From: a virus
IMG/VR virus record: IMGVR_UViG_3300033998_000198
Span: 67,935 to 131,934 of that record
Reading direction: 5' to 3' (one strand)
DNA: 64,000 nucleotides
The notes below the pieces were generated by a model. That model was given only the letters and a program-made list of their open reading frames with translations, ran no database searches and was not told where the DNA came from. Shown here piece by piece: positions 55,381-63,930 of the stretch. The stretch's first letter is position 1; every line of letters starts with the position of its first letter. The translations under genes and the position numbers were made by a program.

Positions 55381-56619
55381 TTAACACCCTCCTTTAATAT
55401 CCAGTCTTTTATATAGCAAGTCCTCATAGACTTTTCGTTCTGCGGCCGGGATTTTCTCAATCAGTGCTGATACAGCCCTTACTGCTTTAAGCCTTTCACG
55501 TATAACGATTTGCTCATAAGCCTTTGTTTCCCGTTCAATAACTACAGACATTGCAGCTTTTGCATTGTCTGTGATATACTGCCTTATGGCATTTCCGTCA
55601 AAGTTTTTCCATAAGCATACATCTGCCGCATCCATATTGTTCTCTGCAATCATAATGAGGACATTAAAGTCTTTTTCAAATAGTTGCGGCAATACTTTAA
55701 GCATATTGTCAATTCCTGCTTTGTCTCCGTCCAAGAATAAGATGATATTTCTTGTCATCTTCCGAATGGTATCCATTTGATGTTCTGTTAACGCAGTACC
55801 AAGACATCCTACAGTATTTGTAAGACCTGCCTGATGCATTGAGATAACATCTATATAACCTTCAACTACTATTGCAAAATTATTTTTTCTGATAGTCTGA
55901 TGTGCCCAAGGATATCCATACAATGTCTCTCCTTTAATAAACACTCCTTTTAGTGGGTCACGGTCATCAGTTCTGTTTTTATCATTGATATACTTTGGCC
56001 CGGTATCTTTCGGGTCAAACTGACGATACCCCATACCAATACACTTGGCATATTTGATATCTTTTGATTCCAATATAGGGAATGCAATTCTTCCGGATAT
56101 TCCCCCCATGTCTGTTCTGACTTTATATTCATCTACCGGAACAAGGCCAAGTCTGAATTGATTAATGGTTGCCTGTGTTAATTTTCTCTGGTTCATAAGA
56201 TAATGGAGAGCTCCTGGTGACTGCTGTAGGTTTCTCCAGTACCTTCGTGAATGTTCATCCATTCTGTCTTTATAAGCCTCATGTTCCTTGTTGGGCGGAA
56301 CAATTTCGTAAGCTATTCCAGCTTCATCTGCTCCCATCTTACACGCCTCCTTGAACTCAAGGTTTTCTTTCTTCATCAGAAAATCAATGACATCTCCTCC
56401 TTCTCCGTCAGTAAAACAGTGCCACTTATTTGTCTTTGGCCACACAACAAAGGAAGGAGTGTCAAAATTATGTTTGTGAAACGGACAATAACCTTTATAG
56501 ACATCCCCGGATTTTCTTAGCCTTATCTCGTCCTGATAATATTTCTCGATGATGTCCCATATCTTTACTGATGATTTGATTTCATCTATGGGTATCCCAT
56601 TGCCTGCCACTTCCACCAC
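55381..56619 (-). CDS. dnaG: DnaG-type primase
   Basis: CPFH zinc-binding domain, GRIAFPI, KYIN, VVEGYIDV and LDGDKAG TOPRIM motifs. Confidence 0.92.
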   Translation of the reverse strand: MVEVAGNGIPIDEIKSSVKIWDIIEKYYQDEIRLRKSGDVYKGYCPFHKHNFDTPSFVVWPKTNKWHCFTDGEGGDVIDFLMKKENLEFKEACKMGADEAGIAYEIVPPNKEHEAYKDRMDEHSRRYWRNLQQSPGALHYLMNQRKLTQATINQFRLGLVPVDEYKVRTDMGGISGRIAFPILESKDIKYAKCIGMGYRQFDPKDTGPKYINDKNRTDDRDPLKGVFIKGETLYGYPWAHQTIRKNNFAIVVEGYIDVISMHQAGLTNTVGCLGTALTEHQMDTIRKMTRNIILFLDGDKAGIDNMLKVLPQLFEKDFNVLIMIAENNMDAADVCLWKNFDGNAIRQYITDNAKAAMSVVIERETKAYEQIVIRERLKAVRAVSALIEKIPAAERKVYEDLLYKRLDIKGGC

Positions 56620-56627
56620 TCCCTGAT

Positions 56628-56828
56628 TTAATCTTCTAACAAATCACGCTCCAACAGCATATCTTTTACTATAAGTTCAATGTTCTCAATCAATGCACCA
56701 GAATAATCAAGAAGCGTCAATGCAATGTCGTCTATATCTGACATATCTGCATTATGTGCATATTTCATTATGATTTTCTTAAACAATGCTAATAACAGTT
56801 CTTGCTGACTTGCTGATTCCAAACCCAT
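56628..56828 (-). CDS. Small hypothetical protein
   Basis: GGAGG RBS. Confidence 0.55.
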   Translation of the reverse strand: MGLESASQQELLLALFKKIIMKYAHNADMSDIDDIALTLLDYSGALIENIELIVKDMLLERDLLED

Positions 56829-56896
56829 AATATCACCTCCTATAATAAAATTGCCTCCCCCTCCCGATAGGGAGAAAAAGGCAATCTTGTTACGGT

Positions 56897-57220
56897 TTAC
56901 TCTTTGTTGTCTTCAGGAAACAACGACAACTGCCCTGGGATCTGGTCGTCCATTATGCTCGGATGTGTCTTAGCCTCATTTACAAATTCGTCTGTGAGCT
57001 GAGGTCCTTGACAAGGCAGATATTCTACAGTTGTTTCAGGTACACCTTCTGATTCAACATAAGTAATCGGGAATTCTGTCGACGGATCTTGGTGAGCCGC
57101 AGCCAGACATTCCAGTATGAACAATTTCATGTCCTGCTCTGAAGCAACCTCTCCCTGCTGAATCATTTCAGCAGTAAAATCGCCCATATTGAGCTTCAAC
57201 AATTCGTTAATCGGTTTCAT
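56897..57220 (-). CDS. Acidic hypothetical protein; SD displaced by element D
   Basis: ATG lies 8 nt from the element right end; contains a PGQLSLF clamp-binding-like motif. Confidence 0.55.
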   Translation of the reverse strand: MKPINELLKLNMGDFTAEMIQQGEVASEQDMKLFILECLAAAHQDPSTEFPITYVESEGVPETTVEYLPCQGPQLTDEFVNEAKTHPSIMDDQIPGQLSLFPEDNKE

Positions 57221-57370
57221 TAGATTACCCGTTACAGAAAACTTATAAAAAGTTATAAATTAACTTTTATGTTTCCTTCCTTATTCATCCTGCCCGGTTT
57301 CGGAAACCTACTCCCGTTTGATATAGCAGTCCAAAGGCTTAACTTCCCGAATAACGTATCGGTACTACAC
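57209..57370 (-). ncRNA. omegaRNA candidate D; predicted guide GTAATCTAATGAAACCGATT
   Basis: GGAAGTTAAGCCTTTGGA, GTAGG, ATGAATAAGGAA and AACATAAA blocks 3' of tnpB. Confidence 0.7.
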
Positions 57371-57387
57371 GCATAAACGTTTTGTGT

Positions 57388-58509
57388 TTATGCTGTTACT
57401 GGATATTTCATCAGGTTAATACTTGCGTTTAAATCCCTGTCATGTAATGTTCCACATACTGGACATACCCATTCTCTTGTTGAAAGAGATAATTTTTCAA
57501 GTATGTGCCCACATTCAGAGCACATCTTTGACGATGGATAAAACCTGTCTGCTATTATCAACCTGATACCGTTCCATTCGCATTTATACTCCATCTGTCT
57601 GCGGAATTCTTTCAATGTCTGTTCCTGCACCGCTTTTGCAAGTTTGTGGTTTTTAATCATCCCGCTGACATTCAAATCTTCCATTACAACGTATTCCGGC
57701 TTGGTTTTCACCAGTTTTGTTGTTATTTGATGGATATAATTTGTGCGAATGTTTTTAAGCCTTTGATATGTCTTACGAATAAGGCGCTCCAGTTTTATAA
57801 TATTCTTTGTTTTTCTGTAACGGTTTCCCTCCTTTCCTTTTTCATATTTTTTCGATACTTTCCTTTGGATCCTTTTTAGTTTCTTTTCCAACTTCTTAGC
57901 CTTTTTGCTTTTATTTATGTTTTTGAATTTTTCACCTGTACTCACTACAGCTAAATCCTTTACCCCTAAGTCTATTCCTATAGGCTCTGAATGTGAGGTA
58001 CCGTCTTGTACAGGGTGAAATTCAATACATACTGTTAACCACCAGTTTAAACCGTCAAATTTAATTCTTGGATTCAAGTATTTACCATCAGGTAAAGGCT
58101 CTGCTACTTTTACCCAACCTATTTTCTCTAATACAACTTTGCCGTTTTTGTACTTTAATTTATCTTCTCTCTGATAAAAAGAAGGTTTACTGTGTTTTTT
58201 GCTTTTGAATTTTGGTTTGTTAGAAACCCCTTTAAAGAACCTTTGATATGCTAAACACGCATCTTTTACTGCCTGCTTTGGTATTTGTGCTGATACATCA
58301 TTTAGCCATTTATACTGTTCTGTTTTCTTTAATTGTGTTATCTCTTTTCTTAATTCTCCGTCTGGTATGAACTTCCCACCATTTTTATAATTTTCCTCTT
58401 GCCTTGCCAAAGTCCAATTGTATGCCCATCTTGCTACTCCTGCACACTCAAATAGCTTTGTTTTTTGCTTGTTGTTCGGCTTTAACTGTATTTTATAGGT
58501 TTTTATCAT
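57388..58509 (-). CDS. tnpB: TnpB RNA-guided endonuclease (IS607-associated type)
   Basis: GIDLG, VVMEDL, CSECG/CPVCG and DRDLNA; catalytic D-E-D intact; clearly homologous to 25333-26520. Confidence 0.92.
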   Translation of the reverse strand: MIKTYKIQLKPNNKQKTKLFECAGVARWAYNWTLARQEENYKNGGKFIPDGELRKEITQLKKTEQYKWLNDVSAQIPKQAVKDACLAYQRFFKGVSNKPKFKSKKHSKPSFYQREDKLKYKNGKVVLEKIGWVKVAEPLPDGKYLNPRIKFDGLNWWLTVCIEFHPVQDGTSHSEPIGIDLGVKDLAVVSTGEKFKNINKSKKAKKLEKKLKRIQRKVSKKYEKGKEGNRYRKTKNIIKLERLIRKTYQRLKNIRTNYIHQITTKLVKTKPEYVVMEDLNVSGMIKNHKLAKAVQEQTLKEFRRQMEYKCEWNGIRLIIADRFYPSSKMCSECGHILEKLSLSTREWVCPVCGTLHDRDLNASINLMKYPVTA

Positions 58510-58620
58510 TCTATCACCACCTTATATAATCTTCTATTATATAATCTTCTATAAGTATTGTATCATAAAACTTATTGTGTTACAATAAGTTTATATAATT
58601 TTATATAAGGAGTGATAAAT

Positions 58621-58782
58621 ATGACTGATTTAAAAAACAGGGTTCGCATTGGTACATCGGTAGATATACAAACTTATAATGCTTTAAAAAAACTATCCGC
58701 ACAAACTCAAATACCTATGAGTCGGTTACTTGATAAAGCCATTGAGCTTGTTTTAAAAGAGTATGGAAAGCCTGTTAAATAG
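58621..58782 (+). CDS. Ribbon-helix-helix protein divergent from tnpB (53 aa; below ORF-track cutoff)
   Basis: AAGGAG RBS; MTDLKNRVRIGTSVDIQTYNALKKLSAQTQIPMSRLLDKAIELVL. Confidence 0.75.
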   Translation: MTDLKNRVRIGTSVDIQTYNALKKLSAQTQIPMSRLLDKAIELVLKEYGKPVK

Positions 58783-58811
58783 CAGGCTTTATAACTTTTT
58801 ATAAGTTTTGT

Positions 58812-59522
58812 TTAACTGTTGCTCCACCTCCCTATTTTCTGTTTGTACCCACATTCTTTGTTCTCACAAAGTCTGTATTCAGTTCCTTCCTGCATGGTTG
58901 TTACTGTTTCAGCACCACACATTGCACATGGATGCTCAAATTCAAAGAATGACAGTGGATCTTCCCATGCTGCAAACCATTTTAAGAGCTTGCTGGTTGA
59001 CAGGCATTTCGGACAAAATCCTTCAGTGTTTTCGTCGGCAGCAAGTTGAACTACCGGATAACTGTCATCTCCTTCAGTGTTTTTATAAACATAGTTATTG
59101 ATATCTATTCCTGTTCCCGTCTTTACAACTTCCAAATCACCATCAAGAACACGGAATGCAATGATCCCGTCTACCGACACAATGGCTGATTGTCCGCAGT
59201 CAGGACATCTGAAATAACTTGCCTGCTTGGTTTGTCCGGTTTCGTTTAGCTGCACCTCAACACGTTTTCCTCCTTCGACAAGGGTAAGAGTTTCACGCTT
59301 CTTGTCAAAGTTCGGAAGTCTTGGTCTTACAACTTCTCTTTCATTATACTCAGGCTGGTCAAGCCTTGGTGTCGGAGACGGTTTAACAGTCTTGTCCTCA
59401 ACAGGAACTCTTACTTGTATAAAATCCTCCAACATCAAGGCTTGTTTACCAGGTATATTAAAAGGCTTAATAGAACTTGCATATCCTATCAATCCTTCTG
59501 TTGTATAGATTTCAAACTTCAT
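58812..59522 (-). CDS. Multi-zinc-ribbon hypothetical protein; last codons come from element D
   Basis: CPDC, CPKC, CAMC and CENKEC motifs. Confidence 0.55.
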   Translation of the reverse strand: MKFEIYTTEGLIGYASSIKPFNIPGKQALMLEDFIQVRVPVEDKTVKPSPTPRLDQPEYNEREVVRPRLPNFDKKRETLTLVEGGKRVEVQLNETGQTKQASYFRCPDCGQSAIVSVDGIIAFRVLDGDLEVVKTGTGIDINNYVYKNTEGDDSYPVVQLAADENTEGFCPKCLSTSKLLKWFAAWEDPLSFFEFEHPCAMCGAETVTTMQEGTEYRLCENKECGYKQKIGRWSNS

Positions 59523-60187
59523 ATTGTTGCCTCCTCCGGGATTACACTGTCAGGATCTATGACGACACTGACATCGTTTTGTAGTATTATTACGTTTGTT
59601 TTGTCTGCCACAGCCTGAAGGTTCTCATTATGAGTAACCAGTATAGTCTGTCTTTTAAAGCTGTCGCAGAGCTGTTTTACAAACTCTGCAAACTTGACTG
59701 AAGCATTCTCCGATATCATCTTGCCCGGTTCGTCAAGCATTAACATACCTTTTACCGTAGGATTATTGAACAGCTCAAGGTAAGCGTACCGTAGTGCTGC
59801 TGATATGATATCCACAAATCCACCACCACACGCATCTTGTGGTCTCTGTCTGGACTTATGACCATTAACAGTGGATACGACATAGAATTCCGCATCTGGT
59901 TTGCCACGCAGTTCCTGGATATCTATTTCAAATGTATAACCCGCACCAGAAATGTATTGAAGTGCGTTTGTTACGATATTCTCAAGATATACTTTTGCCT
60001 TGAGCCTTGCTTCCTCCGCTGTCTTCTGCAATAAAAGAACAACCTTTTGATCTGTTTCAAGAGACTGTTTGGCTTGTTCGAGAGCTTCAATACAGACTTT
60101 ATCGTCATTCATGATTTTACTCTGAACACCCTTCCGGATGTTGTATTTTTGCTTGATTGAATCAAGCCTTTCTCTGTAAATATCCAT
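59519..60187 (-). CDS. SbcC/Rad50 C-terminal ATPase half
   Basis: Signature-like CGGG...AALR, Walker B LMLDEP and LVTH switch; no Walker A. Confidence 0.8.
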   Translation of the reverse strand: MDIYRERLDSIKQKYNIRKGVQSKIMNDDKVCIEALEQAKQSLETDQKVVLLLQKTAEEARLKAKVYLENIVTNALQYISGAGYTFEIDIQELRGKPDAEFYVVSTVNGHKSRQRPQDACGGGFVDIISAALRYAYLELFNNPTVKGMLMLDEPGKMISENASVKFAEFVKQLCDSFKRQTILVTHNENLQAVADKTNVIILQNDVSVVIDPDSVIPEEATI

Positions 60188-60199
60188 TATATCACATCC

Positions 60200-60691
60200 T
60201 TAGAATGGCATATTAGAGTCAGACTTCTCCAACTCTGCAAACAAGTCATCTCCTGTTTCCGCCTGCTCTTTGTTTGCAGGTTCTGCCGGTTTCTCATCCG
60301 GTACTTCAATCGAAGGGAGCTCAACATCCTCTGGTATTTTGAAGTCTCCGCTGACGACATCAATCCTGTCTATAGCGTTGACGTCTTCTTTTACTCCAGC
60401 CATAATTTCAATCTTACCGTTTTCATCAGGGAGTATCTGGTCGAGCTTTGCCAGTACGGCTGACAGTTTCTTCTGCCTGTCAATGATATATGCTTTGAGT
60501 TCGTCTGGGTCAAGGCCGGCAGCCTTGATTTTTGCAAGGAATTCCTGCTCATTCTTCTTGAGCTGTTCAACCTTTGCTTCACCTTTGATACGCTTGTCTC
60601 TGATTTCTTGAGCTTTAGCCTTCTTCTCTTTTAGCGTATTCTCGAATTCCTGAATTTTGTCGTATACAGGATCTTTCACATGCATTGTCAT
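60200..60691 (-). CDS. Coiled-coil protein between the SbcC halves
   Basis: Long charged heptad helix and acidic tail. Confidence 0.55.
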   Translation of the reverse strand: MTMHVKDPVYDKIQEFENTLKEKKAKAQEIRDKRIKGEAKVEQLKKNEQEFLAKIKAAGLDPDELKAYIIDRQKKLSAVLAKLDQILPDENGKIEIMAGVKEDVNAIDRIDVVSGDFKIPEDVELPSIEVPDEKPAEPANKEQAETGDDLFAELEKSDSNMPF

Positions 60692-61001
60692 CCCTCCTTA
60701 TCTTAATGCTTGCCACAAGATTGAACAACATAACTGCACTCCATATTATTCCGAATAATACTGTAGAAAGCGGTATCAAGACGATCTTCAGTGGCATGAG
60801 TAATAACTTGAATATATTTGTGTCTAAAGGAACAAGATAACTTCCACTTGGCTCCTCCCATCTTCTATCTTCCAGCTTATAAAAGCCTGGTAGCCAGAGA
60901 AGAAATGTACTCCACTCAAAGTTATCTATCGGACGTAATTCATTCAGCCACCATTTAACGTTGTCTTTATCGAAATAGACTTTTAATTTCATCTGGTGCA
61001 T
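60615..61001 (-). CDS. Putative membrane protein (probable start about 60992)
   Basis: Hydrophobic LLLMPLKIVLIPLSTVLFGIIWSAVMLF segment. Confidence 0.45.
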   Translation of the reverse strand: MHQMKLKVYFDKDNVKWWLNELRPIDNFEWSTFLLWLPGFYKLEDRRWEEPSGSYLVPLDTNIFKLLLMPLKIVLIPLSTVLFGIIWSAVMLFNLVASIKIRRDDNACERSCIRQNSGIREYAKREEG

Positions 61002-61222
61002 CTCCTTCCATCTCTATTTTTATTCCGAACATTGGAATAGGAAAGATATATTATAGCTTTACGCCAATCTATAAAGGAGCCAATCTATAAGTCGTACCAT
61101 GCAAACATCGGCTTTATCCTGAAATGGATTTTGCCTGTTACCATTACCCGAACAAAGAGCATCCAGGCTATAGGTAAAAGCCATGTGATTGCAATATATA
61201 CTACAAGCAACAAACGCATCAT
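61000..61222 (-). pseudogene. Decayed small membrane-protein gene
   Basis: GGAGG RBS; MMRLLLVVYI...FAWYDL*IG then a frameshift to YIFPIPMFGIKIE; 12-nt direct repeat GCCAATCTATAA. Confidence 0.45.
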
Positions 61223-61224
61223 AA

Positions 61225-63567
61225 TTATCCTCCCACAATATGCTTTATGTGGTCTTTGTCAAGTTTCGTACCGCAGGTCGGGCAAACCCCTATTGAGGCA
61301 AGGTATTCCTTGAATTGCTTCTCAATATCAATTACTGCCATATTGGCTTCGACTTCGAGGTCTTCCAGATTCTCTTGGAATGATTCTTCATTCCTGATAT
61401 CTGACGTGAGTTTTTGTAGTCCTTCAGCAAATTCCTGAGCTTGTTTCATTTCTGACAACAGGGTTTCCGCTTCGGTAACCAGAGAGGCTATCTGGTCTGC
61501 GTCTATGTTTTTGATACTGTCTTCTTCAACCTGGATTTCCCTAAAGAGCCTTATACGCTCTGTCCTGAAGTCTTGTGCTTGCTTTAGTTCTTTAAGTAGC
61601 TGGTCAGCCTCGTCTATGAGAGGTTGATATTCTTCCTGCTTTGGAATCCAACCAAGAGTCATTTCCCCCCTAAACCTTGCGTTGGCAACATCTATATGCT
61701 GTGATATAAGTTCCTCCATGAACTTCATAAACGCAACATCTTTTAATGCTTCTTCGATTACAGGAAGTTGACGGTCATAGTCTGGCAATGACTTTAATTC
61801 AGCTTCGGCTTCAGCAAGTTCTTTTCGGCATGCATTGAGTCCATTGTCGCACTCTATGGCAACCTCAAGTTCCTTTTCGGTCGTTTCTTTGAAACTGACG
61901 TAAAATTCGCAAAGGTCAATGAATGATTTCCATAAGTCCATGTCGTCAAAGGATTTAAGATCATTTAAGTTCTTTTCATGATCTTCCTCAAGTTTCTTTA
62001 TATCCTTTTGCAAAGCCTTTATGTTCTTGCTTGCCTGACTTATTGCTCCATCAACAATCTGTACTCCGATAAGCCTTCCAATTGCAGCAGCACGGTTTGC
62101 ACCGGTTGTCCCGATAAGGAACGGAGGGTCAAGCTGAGATGCAACATTAAGATTCTCCTGGTAATCCTTTGCAAGGTACACTTTTGGCATCTGATGGGTA
62201 TTTGCAACTTCAATCGGAATGTCGTTTCCAAATCCTTTGTATTCCGTTGTCTTCCCGTTTGCATCAGTGACACGGTAGGTTCCTGAAGATGACCTATCTC
62301 TTTCCCTTTCAATTACAGAACCGTCAGAGAACTTTAGTGTAACTTTGCATTTGCTCTCTCCTGTACGGATAAAGTCAGAACCTTTTGGTTCGTTATATAA
62401 CGCCCAGTTGATTGCACGAAGAATTGCAGTCTTACCTTGATTGGATTCTCCAATTAGTGCATTCAGTCCTTGTACGAAATTTATCGTTGTATCTTTGTGC
62501 GACTGAAAGTTTACAATGTGTGCCTCAGTCAGCCATACATCCGCTGTCTTTTCTATGTAGCCCTGTATTGCAGGACATGCTTCGTCCTGATTTACTTCAG
62601 CATCATGAAGATACTTTTGAGCCGTAGTTATTATAGATTGATCAGCTCCAATCTGCTGTCCTATGATGGTCAGCATTTGCGGAATACTTACAGTGTTTTG
62701 TAATACAGCCGTAGATTGCAAACTTGCCTTGAAGTTATTTAGTAACTGCTGTTGTTGAGTGGCCTGCTGTTTTGATTTATAATCAAACACTGAAGTTCCA
62801 GGTGCGGCTACAGTAAGCGGTATATCCTCAAGTTTAACATTAGAAAGGTCTGTAATGTCAATCATCATAACCTTTGGTACGGCTGTCTTGTTGTGGTCAC
62901 TTCTATCCATTCGAAGAAGCGAACCCGGATTTGCAAATGTGGTATTTCCAATTGTATGCGTTGGCCACCCTGGATGATAGTGTCCGCACAATACCAGATC
63001 TGCTTCTGTTACAATATCTTTTGTCTGAATATGCGGGACATCAGGTAGATATGGTTTATCCATAACCATATCATGAATTACCTGAATCTGATAATCCACT
63101 TTTGGTGAACGTGGACGCCGGTAATCAAATGTACTGGTAATCGTGTGTTCTTCTCCAAGTATTTCTACTATTCTATTGTCCCCGTTAATATCTTTATATT
63201 CAAGTTCGATCGGATTGTTTCTGCTTATGAGTTTTATTACACCTGTATTTTCATACATACCAAGCATGGTTTGGTCGATGGTGTCAAGATTGTATCCGTA
63301 CAGGTCATGGCTACCTGGAACCACGTATACCGGCACACTCCATGAACGGATTATCTTTGCCATCATTCCTGCGAACTTGAAACTTATCTTTGCTGTATTG
63401 AATAAATCTCCGCCTATAACTACAATATCGGGTTTCTTGGTCATAATAATACTTGTAATCTCAATAAACTTTTTATAGGCGGCTACGGCGAAGTTATCCA
63501 GTCTACCAACCGGAGTCTTCGCCGTTAAATGCGGATCTGTGAAGAACAGTACCTTCACATAACTCAC
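61225..63567 (-). CDS. SbcD/Mre11 metallophosphoesterase fused to the SbcC/Rad50 N-terminal half (Walker A, coil, zinc hook)
   Basis: TDPH, GGDLF, PGSHD, CGHYH and NPGS motifs, then NFQSH, GESNQGKT, Q-loop VASQ and C-terminal CPTCG. Confidence 0.85.
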   Translation of the reverse strand: MSYVKVLFFTDPHLTAKTPVGRLDNFAVAAYKKFIEITSIIMTKKPDIVVIGGDLFNTAKISFKFAGMMAKIIRSWSVPVYVVPGSHDLYGYNLDTIDQTMLGMYENTGVIKLISRNNPIELEYKDINGDNRIVEILGEEHTITSTFDYRRPRSPKVDYQIQVIHDMVMDKPYLPDVPHIQTKDIVTEADLVLCGHYHPGWPTHTIGNTTFANPGSLLRMDRSDHNKTAVPKVMMIDITDLSNVKLEDIPLTVAAPGTSVFDYKSKQQATQQQQLLNNFKASLQSTAVLQNTVSIPQMLTIIGQQIGADQSIITTAQKYLHDAEVNQDEACPAIQGYIEKTADVWLTEAHIVNFQSHKDTTINFVQGLNALIGESNQGKTAILRAINWALYNEPKGSDFIRTGESKCKVTLKFSDGSVIERERDRSSSGTYRVTDANGKTTEYKGFGNDIPIEVANTHQMPKVYLAKDYQENLNVASQLDPPFLIGTTGANRAAAIGRLIGVQIVDGAISQASKNIKALQKDIKKLEEDHEKNLNDLKSFDDMDLWKSFIDLCEFYVSFKETTEKELEVAIECDNGLNACRKELAEAEAELKSLPDYDRQLPVIEEALKDVAFMKFMEELISQHIDVANARFRGEMTLGWIPKQEEYQPLIDEADQLLKELKQAQDFRTERIRLFREIQVEEDSIKNIDADQIASLVTEAETLLSEMKQAQEFAEGLQKLTSDIRNEESFQENLEDLEVEANMAVIDIEKQFKEYLASIGVCPTCGTKLDKDHIKHIVGG

Positions 63568-63584
63568 CCCTTTTCGCCTTTATC

Positions 63585-63875
63585 CTATATAGGATCAGAA
63601 AGGTGCAGGACATGTCCTTTATATCCTTCTTCAAGATTTTCAAATGTAACCTTTTCAATCCTTCTTGTACATATCAGTTCTCCATTAACATAGTGTTCCA
63701 GAAGTTCTCCGGAATATGGAACGAGAACAGTCAGATCAATGCATCCATTATCTTCATTGAATGTGGCCAGGACTTCATCATCATTAGTTATTTTCGCTAC
63801 TTTGTATGTCATCTGTCCCTGGTTGTCCATCCCTGCTTGCTCATGATACAACTTCAGCATCTTCATTTCCTCCAT
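63585..63875 (-). CDS. Hypothetical protein (probable start 63860)
   Basis: GGAGG RBS before ATG at 63860. Confidence 0.55.
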   Translation of the reverse strand: MEEMKMLKLYHEQAGMDNQGQMTYKVAKITNDDEVLATFNEDNGCIDLTVLVPYSGELLEHYVNGELICTRRIEKVTFENLEEGYKGHVLHLSDPI

Positions 63876-63889
63876 TCATCTAAATTAAT

Positions 63890-63930
63890 GCGTGGAAACC
63901 CCAACTTCTTTAAGTTGGGGAGGAAACGCA
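63890..63930 (+). mobile_element. Solo IS200/IS605 left-end hairpin
   Basis: TTAAT (63885-63889) followed by GCGT-GGAAACCCCAACTT..AAGTTGGGGAGGAA-ACGC, the same layout as the other left ends. Confidence 0.55.

Larger units (their letters stand above)
57229..58826 (-). mobile_element. IS607-like element D (RHH + tnpB + omegaRNA), inserted after GGAGG
   Basis: GGAGG at 58827-58831; left end TGGAGCAACAGTTAA; right end TTTTATAAGTTTTCTGTAACGG. Removal gives ...GGG AGG GTA ATC TAATG coupling. Confidence 0.82.

Noticed and set aside
25333-58509. Nuclease-dead TldR-type repressors
   Set aside because: All three RuvC acidic residues are present in A and D, and the third TnpB has the rearranged glutamate.
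24774-58826. IStron (group I intron) interpretation of elements A-D
   Set aside because: No recognisable intron core, and the space after the left end is taken by the RHH gene. Splicing is not formally excluded without RNA data.
61000-61222. TAG readthrough in the small membrane gene
   Set aside because: It also needs a frameshift, so ordinary decay is the simpler explanation.
1723-63478. Numerous 60-170 aa ORFs antisense or frame-shifted within long genes
   Set aside because: Shadow ORFs without RBS that overlap well-supported genes.
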